64,000 nucleotides of DNA from IMG/VR virus record IMGVR_UViG_2687453424_000001; one strand, written 5' to 3'. The position numbers and the translations under genes are program-made. The notes below the pieces were generated by a model, which was not told the DNA's origin, ran no database searches, and saw only the letters and a program-made list of their open reading frames with translations. The stretch's first letter is position 1, and each line of letters begins with the position of its first letter. Of this stretch, positions 35,312 through 45,706 are shown in pieces. Origin of the DNA: a virus (Duplodnaviria > Heunggongvirae > Uroviricota > Caudoviricetes).

Positions 35312-37168
35312 TTAAAGTCCCTCCTTCTTCTTCGGTGGTGGTCAAGGCGTCAATTTCACTCGGTGTCAGGATCACACGCTTTTGATAATCCGGTTGTCCG
35401 GCGGTCTCACGGTTGTATTTTTCTTGGTAAGCTTCTGGGTCGATTAACCGCAATTCTTCTTCGGTTAGCTCCACCCGCATAAAAGCGCGTTGGCTACCAT
35501 AGATCATCAGGGCTTCACCTTGTCTACGGCGTTCTAGTAACTTCTTTTCCTTATCCGAGAACGTCATTCTTAACTTAGTAATGACATCATCAACACCTTT
35601 ACCATCAAGGCCAAAGAATACCTTGGTATAGGAGTTCCCAATAATGGCTTCACCAATGTTCTGCCCAGTATCTGTCGTTCCTTCAATCACATCTTGAATT
35701 TGTTGCGTTCCGGCAATCGCCCCGGCATTGTACTTTCTAAAGCGCTTATAGGCTTGATGGAAAAAGGTAGCGGCCGCTTTATGCAAGGTCAGAAAATGAA
35801 ATTCGTCAACAAACAATTTCTTGCGGCTATGCCGATCTTTCGTGATTTCGTCCCACAAATATTGAAAAGTATTCAGGTAGGCTGCTGATTGGACTTCCTG
35901 TTCACTTTGCAGCGGTTTTAAATCAAAGGAAATGATCTTGCCCTTTAAGTTGACGTTGGTGTGTCCGTCAAATAGGCTGTTAGAACCATGGGTATAACTG
36001 CCTAAGATGTAGTAGAAGTCTTTAACCCGACTGAATTTGTCAGCGTCCTTATCAGCTAGTTTTTCCAACTCGTCATAGACATTGGATAAGGTCGGCCACT
36101 GATCGTCTTTAATCTCTTTTAAGCGGCTATATTTCAAAACGCCACTGTTGACATAAGCCTGTTTAACAACATCATCAAGGATTGCCAATTCAACTTGGGT
36201 AATCCCGGTTTTGAGGACTTCAAAGAATCCCTTTAGTCGTTGAATTTTATCTTTGACTAGTAAATCAAGGTTTGTGACCGCTTCATCAGCGCTTAGGATT
36301 TCTTCGGAAAAGATTTGTAGCGGGTTAATTTTGTACTTCGCATTGGAAGTTAAATGCAAGACTGCCCCACCCAAGGCTTCAACAATCTTGGTATATTCAT
36401 TTTCTGGATCAATAATGTAGAGTTGATAGTCTTGAATGGCATAGCGTAGGATTTTTTGGATCATATAGGTGGTCTTGCCGACCCCACTGGTACCAATAAC
36501 CACCATGTTTTGGTTCAACGTTTTGTTGCGATCCAACATATCCACGGCAATTAAGCTGTTGGTGTCTTTGTTAACCCCTTCAATATCGCTTCTAGGCTTT
36601 AAGTCCAAAATCTCGGCGTCATCAAAAGGAAACATGCTGCTGGCAACTTCGGTATTACTTTCCTTATACGTATAATCGCCTAATAGATTTTCGTTGATTG
36701 GCATAGTAGACCAAAAACTTTGAAAAGTTGCTTTAACGGGCACTAAGGGCTTCATTTGTAGCTTAATCAGTGTATTTTTAACGTTGTCAGTTAAATCGTC
36801 TAGTTCCGCTAAACTGTTAGCCCGCAGATAAACCAGCATATGTTGGTACACAAATGTGGTAGAATTATCGAGGTATTTATCTAGTTGCATATTGGCCGAA
36901 TCAATATAATTTTGCAGAATTTTCTTTTTATACGGGTCGAACGTATTTAGCTTCTGCGCTTCCTTATTTTGGATCGTCTTTTTGTAATAGGTAATCATTG
37001 AATTGTTACTGGCGCTGTCGATATATTGCACAATATCGATAACGCCTTTTTTGCGCTTTAATTCTGATAGCCAGTTGCCGTGAACTCGCTTGGGATAGTC
37101 AGCAATCGCTAACACCCGGATAAAGTTCTCCCCCGACTGCACGTAGGTGGGGTACTGTTCCCAACTGC
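35304..37168 (-). CDS. VirB4-like conjugative T4SS ATPase (TraE/PrgJ/TcpF family), C-terminal ~620 aa; 5' end truncated at the bacterial/host junction
   Basis: Walker A NMVVIGTSGVGKTTYMIQKI; Walker B KKLFVDEFHFL; C-terminal AGAIAGTQQIQDV; the first ~66 codons of ORF-track ORF 35304-37364 are read-through into GC-rich host DNA. Confidence 0.85.
35312..35325 (-). promoter_or_regulatory. Shine-Dalgarno site (GAAGGAGGG) inside the 3' end of the VirB4-like gene
   Basis: Minus-strand gaagaaggagggacttta-ATG. Confidence 0.65.
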
Positions 37169-38159
37169 AGGTAGTCTCATGTCCCTTTGATGGCTGGAAC
37201 CCCAAGAGGTGTAGCATGGAGACAAGAAAGATGAGGAGGGTGGATGCCCCCTGCATGAAGGGGAAACTTGGATTTCTGGAGGTCCTCTGTGTGACAGGGA
37301 ACAGGTGGGGTTGGCTTTTGTGACTGAGGATCAGAGGAGTGGATAAGAGGGACATTGTGCTCACAGTTACAAACTACTTGCTCAGGGAGGGGAAACAGAA
37401 AAGGTCTTTTGTCAGCACCTGAGGAAGCCTCCAGGCTAATGAGCAGGTACCTTGCAGGTAATTGCCCTGGTGGTCCCTGGCCATGCAAAGCAACAGGGTG
37501 CAACAATGTGGAGGGTCTTGGCACAACCGGTTAACACAGGTGCAGGGCGGGCCAACAAGGGTGATGCTCCCCTGGAAAAGCTGCTCAGGATGTGATCATC
37601 AGTGTCAGCCTTGGCTGTCATGAGCATGCAATAGTGGGGACTCAGATGCTAAAGGGCATGAGGAAGGCCAGCAGCAGAGAACAGACTCTGGACTTACTTG
37701 GGGACAATTCCAGGAGTTTCCATGGGAAGCGGCTCTGATGGTGAAGGAGCATGAGCAAGTCTGCTAACGATCCCTGAGCCTGGAATACCTGGAGGGCTTC
37801 CAAGGTCCACCAGGGCTTTTGCCACCTTTCTGAATGCCGGTCAGGCTCCTGAGGGCTTTAGCACAGTTGCAGAGCACCAGCGCATTCTGGAATGGCCGGT
37901 GTTATTCCTCAGCCTTGCCAGAGCCTGCTGAGGCCTCTGCCTCCATCTAGAATGCTTGGGGAGATTCTGCAGGATTGGTGCAGACTGCCAGGGCCCTGCC
38001 ATGTTCTGCAATGTTGGGTGTCCTTCCAAGCGTGCTGGTGCAAGCACTTCCCTGGGCATTGCTGGAACCCTCCAGTTTCCCAGCAGGGCCTTCGCCGCCT
38101 TCCAGTAGCCTCGATGTGCTGCCGCGGTGCTGTGGTTTAAGTCCAGTCAGTAATTCAGA

Positions 38160-38290
38160 ACCACGTAGTCGCTCGCTCACTCTCCCCCCTTCCTCCCCCC
38201 CACTCCCAGAGGGATGGGAAGGAGAATCGAAAAAATATAACTCGCACAGGTTGAGATAAGAACAGTCAAGTAACTAAGGAATAGCACAAA
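38160..38290 (-). repeat. LTR-like repeat, partial copy, interrupted by CR1
   Basis: ..gtggtttaagtccagtcag..ctcccccttcctccccc..cccagagggatgggaaggagaatcgaaa..ggttgagataagaacag..taactaagg.. matches 63290-63440. Confidence 0.6.
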
Positions 38291-41200
38291 CCACAGCCGC
38301 TACCACCAGTAATAATAGTAGAATCATAGAATCGTAGAATCATAGAATAGTTAGGATGGGAAAGGACCTTAAGACCNNNNNNNNNNNNNNNNNNNNNNNN
38401 NNNNNNNNNNNNNNNNNNNNNNNNNNNNNNNNNNNNNNNNNNNNNNNNNNNNNNNNNNNNNNNNNNNNNNNNNNNNNNNNNNNNNNNNNNNNNNNNNNNN
38501 NNNNNNNNNNNNNNNNNNNNNNNNNNNNNNNNNNNNNNNNNNNNNNNNNNNNNNNNNNNNNNNNNNNNNNNNNNNNNNNNNNNNNNNNNNNNNNNNNNNN
38601 NNNNNNNNNNNNNNNNNNNNNNNNNNNNNNNNNNNNNNNNNNNNNNNNNNNNNNNNNNNNNNNNNNNNNNNNNNNNNNNNNNNNNNNNNNNNNNNNNNNN
38701 NNNNNNNNNNNNNNNNNNNNNNNNNNNNNNNNNNNNNNNNNNNNNNNNNNNNNNNNNNNNNNNNNNNNNNNNNNNNNNNNNNNNNNNNNNNNNNNNNNNN
38801 NNNNNNNNNNNNNNNNNNNNNNNNNNNNNNNNNNNNNNNNNNNNNNNNNNNNNNNNNNNNNNNNNNNNNNNNNNNNNNNNNNNNNNNNNNNNNNNNNNNN
38901 NNNNNNNNNNNNNNNNNNNNNNNNNNNNNNNNNNNNNNNNNNNNNNNNNNNNNNNNNNNNNNNNNNNNNNNNNNNNNNNNNNNNNNNNNNNNNNNNNNNN
39001 NNNNNNNNNNNNNNNNNNNNNNNNNNNNNNNNNNNNNNNNNNNNNNNNNNNNNNNNNNNNNNNNNNNNNNNNNNNNNNNNNNNNNNNNNNNNNNNNNNNN
39101 NNNNNNNNNNNNNNNNNNNNNNNNNNNNNNNNNNNNNNNNNNNNNNNNNNNNNNNNNNNNNNNNNNNNNNNNNNNNNNNNNNNNNNNNNNNNNNNNNNNN
39201 NNNNNNNNNNNNNNNNNNNNNNNNNNNNNNNNNNNNNNNNNNNNNNNNNNNNNNNNNNNNNNNNNNNNNNNNNNNNNNNNNNNNNNNNNNNNNNNNNNNN
39301 NNNNNNNNNNNNNNNNNNNNNNNNNNNNNNNNNNNNNNNNNNNNNNNNNNNNNNNNNNNNNNNNNNNNNNNNNNNNNNNNNNNNNNNNNNNNNNNNNNNN
39401 NNNNNNNNNNNNNNNNNNNNNNNNNNNNNNNNNNNNNNNNNNNNNNNNNNNNNNNNNNNNNNNNNNNNNNNNNNNNNNNNNNNNNNNNNNNNNNNNNNNN
39501 NNNNNNNNNNNNNNNNNNNNNNNNNNNNNNNNNNNNNNNNNNNNNNNNNNNNNNNNNNNNNNNNNNNNNNNNNNNNNNNNNNNNNNNNNNNNNNNNNNNN
39601 NNNNNNNNNNNNNNNNNNNNNNNNNNNNNNNNNNNNNNNNNNNNNNNNNNNNNNNNNNNNNNNNNNNNNNNNNNNNNNNNNNNNNNNNNNNNNNNNNNNN
39701 NNNNNNNNNNNNNNNNNNNNNNNNNNNNNNNNNNNNNNNNNNNNNNNNNNNNNNNNNNNNNNNNNNNNNNNNNNNNNNNNNNNNNNNNNNNNNNNNNNNN
39801 NNNNNNNNNNNNNNNNNNNNNNNNNNNNNNNNNNNNNNNNNNNNNNNNNNNNNNNNNNNNNNNNNNNNNNNNNNNNNNNNNNNNNNNNNNNNNNNNNNNN
39901 NNNNNNNNNNNNNNNNNNNNNNNNNNNNNNNNNNNNNNNNNNNNNNNNNNNNNNNNNNNNNNNNNNNNNNNNNNNNNNNNNNNNNNNNNNNNNNNNNNNN
40001 NNNNGTCCTCGTGGCCCTCCTCTGGACTTGTTCCAACAGTTCCATGTCCTTTTTATGTTGAGGACACCAGAACTGCACACAATACCCAAGTGAGGTCTCA
40101 CGAGAGCAGAGTAGTGGGGCAGGATCACCTCCTTCGACCTGCTGCTCACGCTCATTTTGATGCAGCCCAGGATACGGTTGCTTTCTGGGCTGCGAGCACA
40201 CACTGCAGCTGGCTCATGTTCATTTTTCATCGACCAACACCCCCAAGTCTTTCTCCACAGGGCTGCTCTGGATCTCTGCTATCCCCAACCTGTAGCTGTG
40301 CCTGGGATTGCTCCGACCCAGGTGTAGGACCTTGCACTTGGCATGGTTAAACTTCATCAGGTTGGCATCAGCCCACCTCACAAGCGTGTCGAGGTCCCTC
40401 TGCATGGCATCCCTTCCCTCCGGCGTATCAACCGAACCACACAGCTTGGTGTCATCGGCAAACTTGCTGAGGGCGCACTCAATCCCACTGTCCATGTCAG
40501 CGACAAAGATGTTGAACAAGACCGATCCCAACACTGATCCCTGAGGAACACCACTTGTTACCGGTCTCCAGCTGGACATCGAGCCATTGACCACAACTCC
40601 TTGCGTGCGGCCATCCAGCCAGATCTTTATCCACCGAGTGGTCCACCCATCAAATTGATGTCTCTCCAATTAGAGACAAGGATGTCATGTCGGACAGTGT
40701 CGAACGCTTTGCACAAGTCCAGGTAGATGACCTCAGCTGCTCTACCCCTATCCATCAGTTCCATAGCCCCATCATAGAAGGCCACCAAATTGATCAGGCA
40801 GGATTTCCCCTTTGTGAAGCCATGCTGGCTGTCACCAACCACCTCCTTGTTTTTCATGTGCCTTAGCATGCCTTGCAGGAGAATCTGCTCCAAGAGTTTG
40901 CCAGGCACAGAGGTGAGACTGACTGCTCTGTAATTCCCCTGATCATCCATTTTCCCCTTCTTGAAAACAGGGGCTATATTTCCCTTTTCCCAGTCATCGG
41001 GAGCTTCACCTGACTGCCATGATCTTTCAAATATGATGGACTGTGTAAACTTCATTTGCCAGCTCCTTCAGGACCCGTAGATGGATTTCATTAGGTCCCA
41101 TGGACATGTGCACGTTCAGGTTCTTAAGATGGTCTTGAACCAGATCCTGTCTTACAGTGGGCCCAAGGTCTTCATTCTCACAGTCCCTGCTTCTGCCTTC

Positions 41201-41515
41201 CAAGACTTGGGTGATGTGGTCAGAGCCTTTGCCAGTGAAGACTGAGGCAAAGAAGTAATTCAGAACCTCAGCCTTCTCCAAATCCAGGGTAGCCAGTTCT
41301 CCTGCTAGTTTCTGGAGGGGGCCTATGTTGTCCCTAGTCTGTCTTTTATTTGCTACATACCTATAGAATCCCTTCCTGTTATCTTTCACATCCCTAGCCA
41401 AGTTTAATTCTAACTGGGCCTTAGCTTTCCTAACCTGGTCCATAGCTTCTCAGACAACATCCCTGTATTCTTCCCAGGCTGCCTTCCACCATCCCCTAAA
41501 GTTCAAATGCTTTTT
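38290..41515 (-). mobile_element. CR1 LINE, long copy with reverse-transcriptase ORF2 (3' end at ~38290; internal gap; 5' part runs into gap)
   Basis: Minus ORFs: ..[13 protein letters not shown].. (RT FADD motif), ..[18 protein letters not shown].., ..[10 protein letters not shown].., ..[19 protein letters not shown]..; octamer repeats gaatcatagaatcgtagaat at 38290-38340. Confidence 0.9.
38377..40004. other. assembly gap (N run) inside CR1
   Basis: continuous n. Confidence 1.
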
Positions 41516-44500
41516 NNNNNNNNNNNNNNNNNNNNNNNNNNNNNNNNNNNNNNNNNNNNNNNNNNNNNNNNNNNNNNNNNNNNNNNNNNNNNNNNNNNNN
41601 NNNNNNNNNNNNNNNNNNNNNNNNNNNNNNNNNNNNNNNNNNNNNNNNNNNNNNNNNNNNNNNNNNNNNNNNNNNNNNNNNNNNNNNNNNNNNNNNNNNN
41701 NNNNNNNNNNNNNNNNNNNNNNNNNNNNNNNNNNNNNNNNNNNNNNNNNNNNNNNNNNNNNNNNNNNNNNNNNNNNNNNNNNNNNNNNNNNNNNNNNNNN
41801 NNNNNNNNNNNNNNNNNNNNNNNNNNNNNNNNNNNNNNNNNNNNNNNNNNNNNNNNNNNNNNNNNNNNNNNNNNNNNNNNNNNNNNNNNNNNNNNNNNNN
41901 NNNNNNNNNNNNNNNNNNNNNNNNNNNNNNNNNNNNNNNNNNNNNNNNNNNNNNNNNNNNNNNNNNNNNNNNNNNNNNNNNNNNNNNNNNNNNNNNNNNN
42001 NNNNNNNNNNNNNNNNNNNNNNNNNNNNNNNNNNNNNNNNNNNNNNNNNNNNNNNNNNNNNNNNNNNNNNNNNNNNNNNNNNNNNNNNNNNNNNNNNNNN
42101 NNNNNNNNNNNNNNNNNNNNNNNNNNNNNNNNNNNNNNNNNNNNNNNNNNNNNNNNNNNNNNNNNNNNNNNNNNNNNNNNNNNNNNNNNNNNNNNNNNNN
42201 NNNNNNNNNNNNNNNNNNNNNNNNNNNNNNNNNNNNNNNNNNNNNNNNNNNNNNNNNNNNNNNNNNNNNNNNNNNNNNNNNNNNNNNNNNNNNNNNNNNN
42301 NNNNNNNNNNNNNNNNNNNNNNNNNNNNNNNNNNNNNNNNNNNNNNNNNNNNNNNNNNNNNNNNNNNNNNNNNNNNNNNNNNNNNNNNNNNNNNNNNNNN
42401 NNNNNNNNNNNNNNNNNNNNNNNNNNNNNNNNNNNNNNNNNNNNNNNNNNNNNNNNNNNNNNNNNNNNNNNNNNNNNNNNNNNNNNNNNNNNNNNNNNNN
42501 NNNNNNNNNNNNNNNNNNNNNNNNNNNNNNNNNNNNNNNNNNNNNNNNNNNNNNNNNNNNNNNNNNNNNNNNNNNNNNNNNNNNNNNNNNNNNNNNNNNN
42601 NNNNNNNNNNNNNNNNNNNNNNNNNNNNNNNNNNNNNNNNNNNNNNNNNNNNNNNNNNNNNNNNNNNNNNNNNNNNNNNNNNNNNNNNNNNNNNNNNNNN
42701 NNNNNNNNNNNNNNNNNNNNNNNNNNNNNNNNNNNNNNNNNNNNNNNNNNNNNNNNNNNNNNNNNNNNNNNNNNNNNNNNNNNNNNNNNNNNNNNNNNNN
42801 NNNNNNNNNNNNNNNNNNNNNNNNNNNNNNNNNNNNNNNNNNNNNNNNNNNNNNNNNNNNNNNNNNNNNNNNNNNNNNNNNNNNNNNNNNNNNNNNNNNN
42901 NNNNNNNNNNNNNNNNNNNNNNNNNNNNNNNNNNNNNNNNNNNNNNNNNNNNNNNNNNNNNNNNNNNNNNNNNNNNNNNNNNNNNNNNNNNNNNNNNNNN
43001 NNNNNNNNNNNNNNNNNNNNNNNNNNNNNNNNNNNNNNNNNNNNNNNNNNNNNNNNNNNNNNNNNNNNNNNNNNNNNNNNNNNNNNNNNNNNNNNNNNNN
43101 NNNNNNNNNNNNNNNNNNNNNNNNNNNNNNNNNNNNNNNNNNNNNNNNNNNNNNNNNNNNNNNNNNNNNNNNNNNNNNNNNNNNNNNNNNNNNNNNNNNN
43201 NNNNNNNNNNNNNNNNNNNNNNNNNNNNNNNNNNNNNNNNNNNNNNNNNNNNNNNNNNNNNNNNNNNNNNNNNNNNNNNNNNNNNNNNNNNNNNNNNNNN
43301 NNNNNNNNNNNNNNNNNNNNNNNNNNNNNNNNNNNNNNNNNNNNNNNNNNNNNNNNNNNNNNNNNNNNNNNNNNNNNNNNNNNNNNNNNNNNNNNNNNNN
43401 NNNNNNNNNNNNNNNNNNNNNNNNNNNNNNNNNNNNNNNNNNNNNNNNNNNNNNNNNNNNNNNNNNNNNNNNNNNNNNNNNNNNNNNNNNNNNNNNNNNN
43501 NNNNNNNNNNNNNNNNNNNNNNNNNNNNNNNNNNNNNNNNNNNNNNNNNNNNNNNNNNNNNNNNNNNNNNNNNNNNNNNNNNNNNNNNNNNNNNNNNNNN
43601 NNNNNNNNNNNNNNNNNNNNNNNNNNNNNNNNNNNNNNNNNNNNNNNNNNNNNNNNNNNNNNNNNNNNNNNNNNNNNNNNNNNNNNNNNNNNNNNNNNNN
43701 NNNNNNNNNNNNNNNNNNNNNNNNNNNNNNNNNNNNNNNNNNNNNNNNNNNNNNNNNNNNNNNNNNNNNNNNNNNNNNNNNNNNNNNNNNNNNNNNNNNN
43801 NNNNNNNNNNNNNNNNNNNNNNNNNNNNNNNNNNNNNNNNNNNNNNNNNNNNNNNNNNNNNNNNNNNNNNNNNNNNNNNNNNNNNNNNNNNNNNNNNNNN
43901 NNNNNNNNNNNNNNNNNNNNNNNNNNNNNNNNNNNNNNNNNNNNNNNNNNNNNNNNNNNNNNNNNNNNNNNNNNNNNNNNNNNNNNNNNNNNNNNNNNNN
44001 NNNNNNNNNNNNNNNNNNNNNNNNNNNNNNNNNNNNNNNNNNNNNNNNNNNNNNNNNNNNNNNNNNNNNNNNNNNNNNNNNNNNNNNNNNNNNNNNNNNN
44101 NNNNNNNNNNNNNNNNNNNNNNNNNNNNNNNNNNNNNNNNNNNNNNNNNNNNNNNNNNNNNNNNNNNNNNNNNNNNNNNNNNNNNNNNNNNNNNNNNNNN
44201 NNNNNNNNNNNNNNNNNNNNNNNNNNNNNNNNNNNNNNNNNNNNNNNNNNNNNNNNNNNNNNNNNNNNNNNNNNNNNNNNNNNNNNNNNNNNNNNNNNNN
44301 NNNNNNNNNNNNNNNNNNNNNNNNNNNNNNNNNNNNNNNNNNNNNNNNNNNNNNNNNNNNNNNNNNNNNNNNNNNNNNNNNNNNNNNNNNNNNNNNNNNN
44401 NNNNNNNNNNNNNNNNNNNNNNNNNNNNNNNNNNNNNNNNNNNNNNNNNNNNNNNNNNNNNNNNNNNNNNNNNNNNNNNNNNNNNNNNNNNNNNNNNNNN

Positions 44501-45706
44501 NNNNNNNNNNNNNNNNNNNNNNNNNNNNNNNNNNNNNNNNNNNNNNNNNNNNNNNNNNNNNNNNNNNNNNNNNNNNNNNNNNNNNNNNNNNNNNNNNNNN
44601 NNNNNNNNNNNNNNNNNNNNNNNNNNNNNNNNNNNNNNNNNNNNNNNNNNNNNNNNNNNNNNNNNNNNNNNNNNNNNNNNNNNNNNNNNNNNNNNNNNNN
44701 NNNNNNNNNNNNNNNNNNNNNNNNNNNNNNNNNNNNNNNNNNNNNNNNNNNNNNNNNNNNNNNNNNNNNNNNNNNNNNNNNNNNNNNNNNNNNNNNNNNN
44801 NNNNNNNNNNNNNNNNNNNNNNNNNNNNNNNNNNNNNNNNNNNNNNNNNNNNNNNNNNNNNNNNNNNNNNNNNNNNNNNNNNNNNNNNNNNNNNNNNNNN
44901 NNNNNNNNNNNNNNNNNNNNNNNNNNNNNNNNNNNNNNNNNNNNNNNNNNNNNNNNNNNNNNNNNNNNNNNNNNNNNNNNNNNNNNNNNNNNNNNNNNNN
45001 NNNNNNNNNNNNNNNNNNNNNNNNNNNNNNNNNNNNNNNNNNNNNNNNNNNNNNNNNNNNNNNNNNNNNNNNNNNNNNNNNNNNNNNNNNNNNNNNNNNN
45101 NNNNNNNNNNNNNNNNNNNNNNNNNNNNNNNNNNNNNNNNNNNNNNNNNNNNNNNNNNNNNNNNNNNNNNNNNNNNNNNNNNNNNNNNNNNNNNNNNNNN
45201 NNNNNNNNNNNNNNNNNNNNNNNNNNNNNNNNNNNNNNNNNNNNNNNNNNNNNNNNNNNNNNNNNNNNNNNNNNNNNNNNNNNNNNNNNNNNNNNNNNNN
45301 NNNNNNNNNNNNNNNNNNNNNNNNNNNNNNNNNNNNNNNNNNNNNNNNNNNNNNNNNNNNNNNNNNNNNNNNNNNNNNNNNNNNNNNNNNNNNNNNNNNN
45401 NNNNNNNNNNNNNNNNNNNNNNNNNNNNNNNNNNNNNNNNNNNNNNNNNNNNNNNNNNNNNNNNNNNNNNNNNNNNNNNNNNNNNNNNNNNNNNNNNNNN
45501 NNNNNNNNNNNNNNNNNNNNNNNNNNNNNNNNNNNNNNNNNNNNNNNNNNNNNNNNNNNNNNNNNNNNNNNNNNNNNNNNNNNNNNNNNNNNNNNNNNNN
45601 NNNNNNNNNNNNNNNNNNNNNNNNNNNNNNNNNNNNNNNNNNNNNNNNNNNNNNNNNNNNNNNNNNNNNNNNNNNNNNNNNNNNNNNNNNNNNNNNNNNN
45701 NNNNNN
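41516..45706. other. assembly gap (N run)
   Basis: continuous n. Confidence 1.

Noticed and set aside
28085-37168. Bacterial block as an established, ancient horizontal transfer into the bird genome
   Set aside because: Undecayed bacterial ORFs with native RBSs and overlaps, unchanged bacterial composition, and both ends truncated mid-gene in a highly gapped scaffold make a chimera or contaminant the better default. Kept as a finding because only read-level data can decide.
37169-37364. N-terminal 66 codons of ORF 35304-37364 as part of the VirB4-like protein
   Set aside because: GC-rich, host-like sequence with no VirB4 character; this is read-through past the bacterial/host junction.
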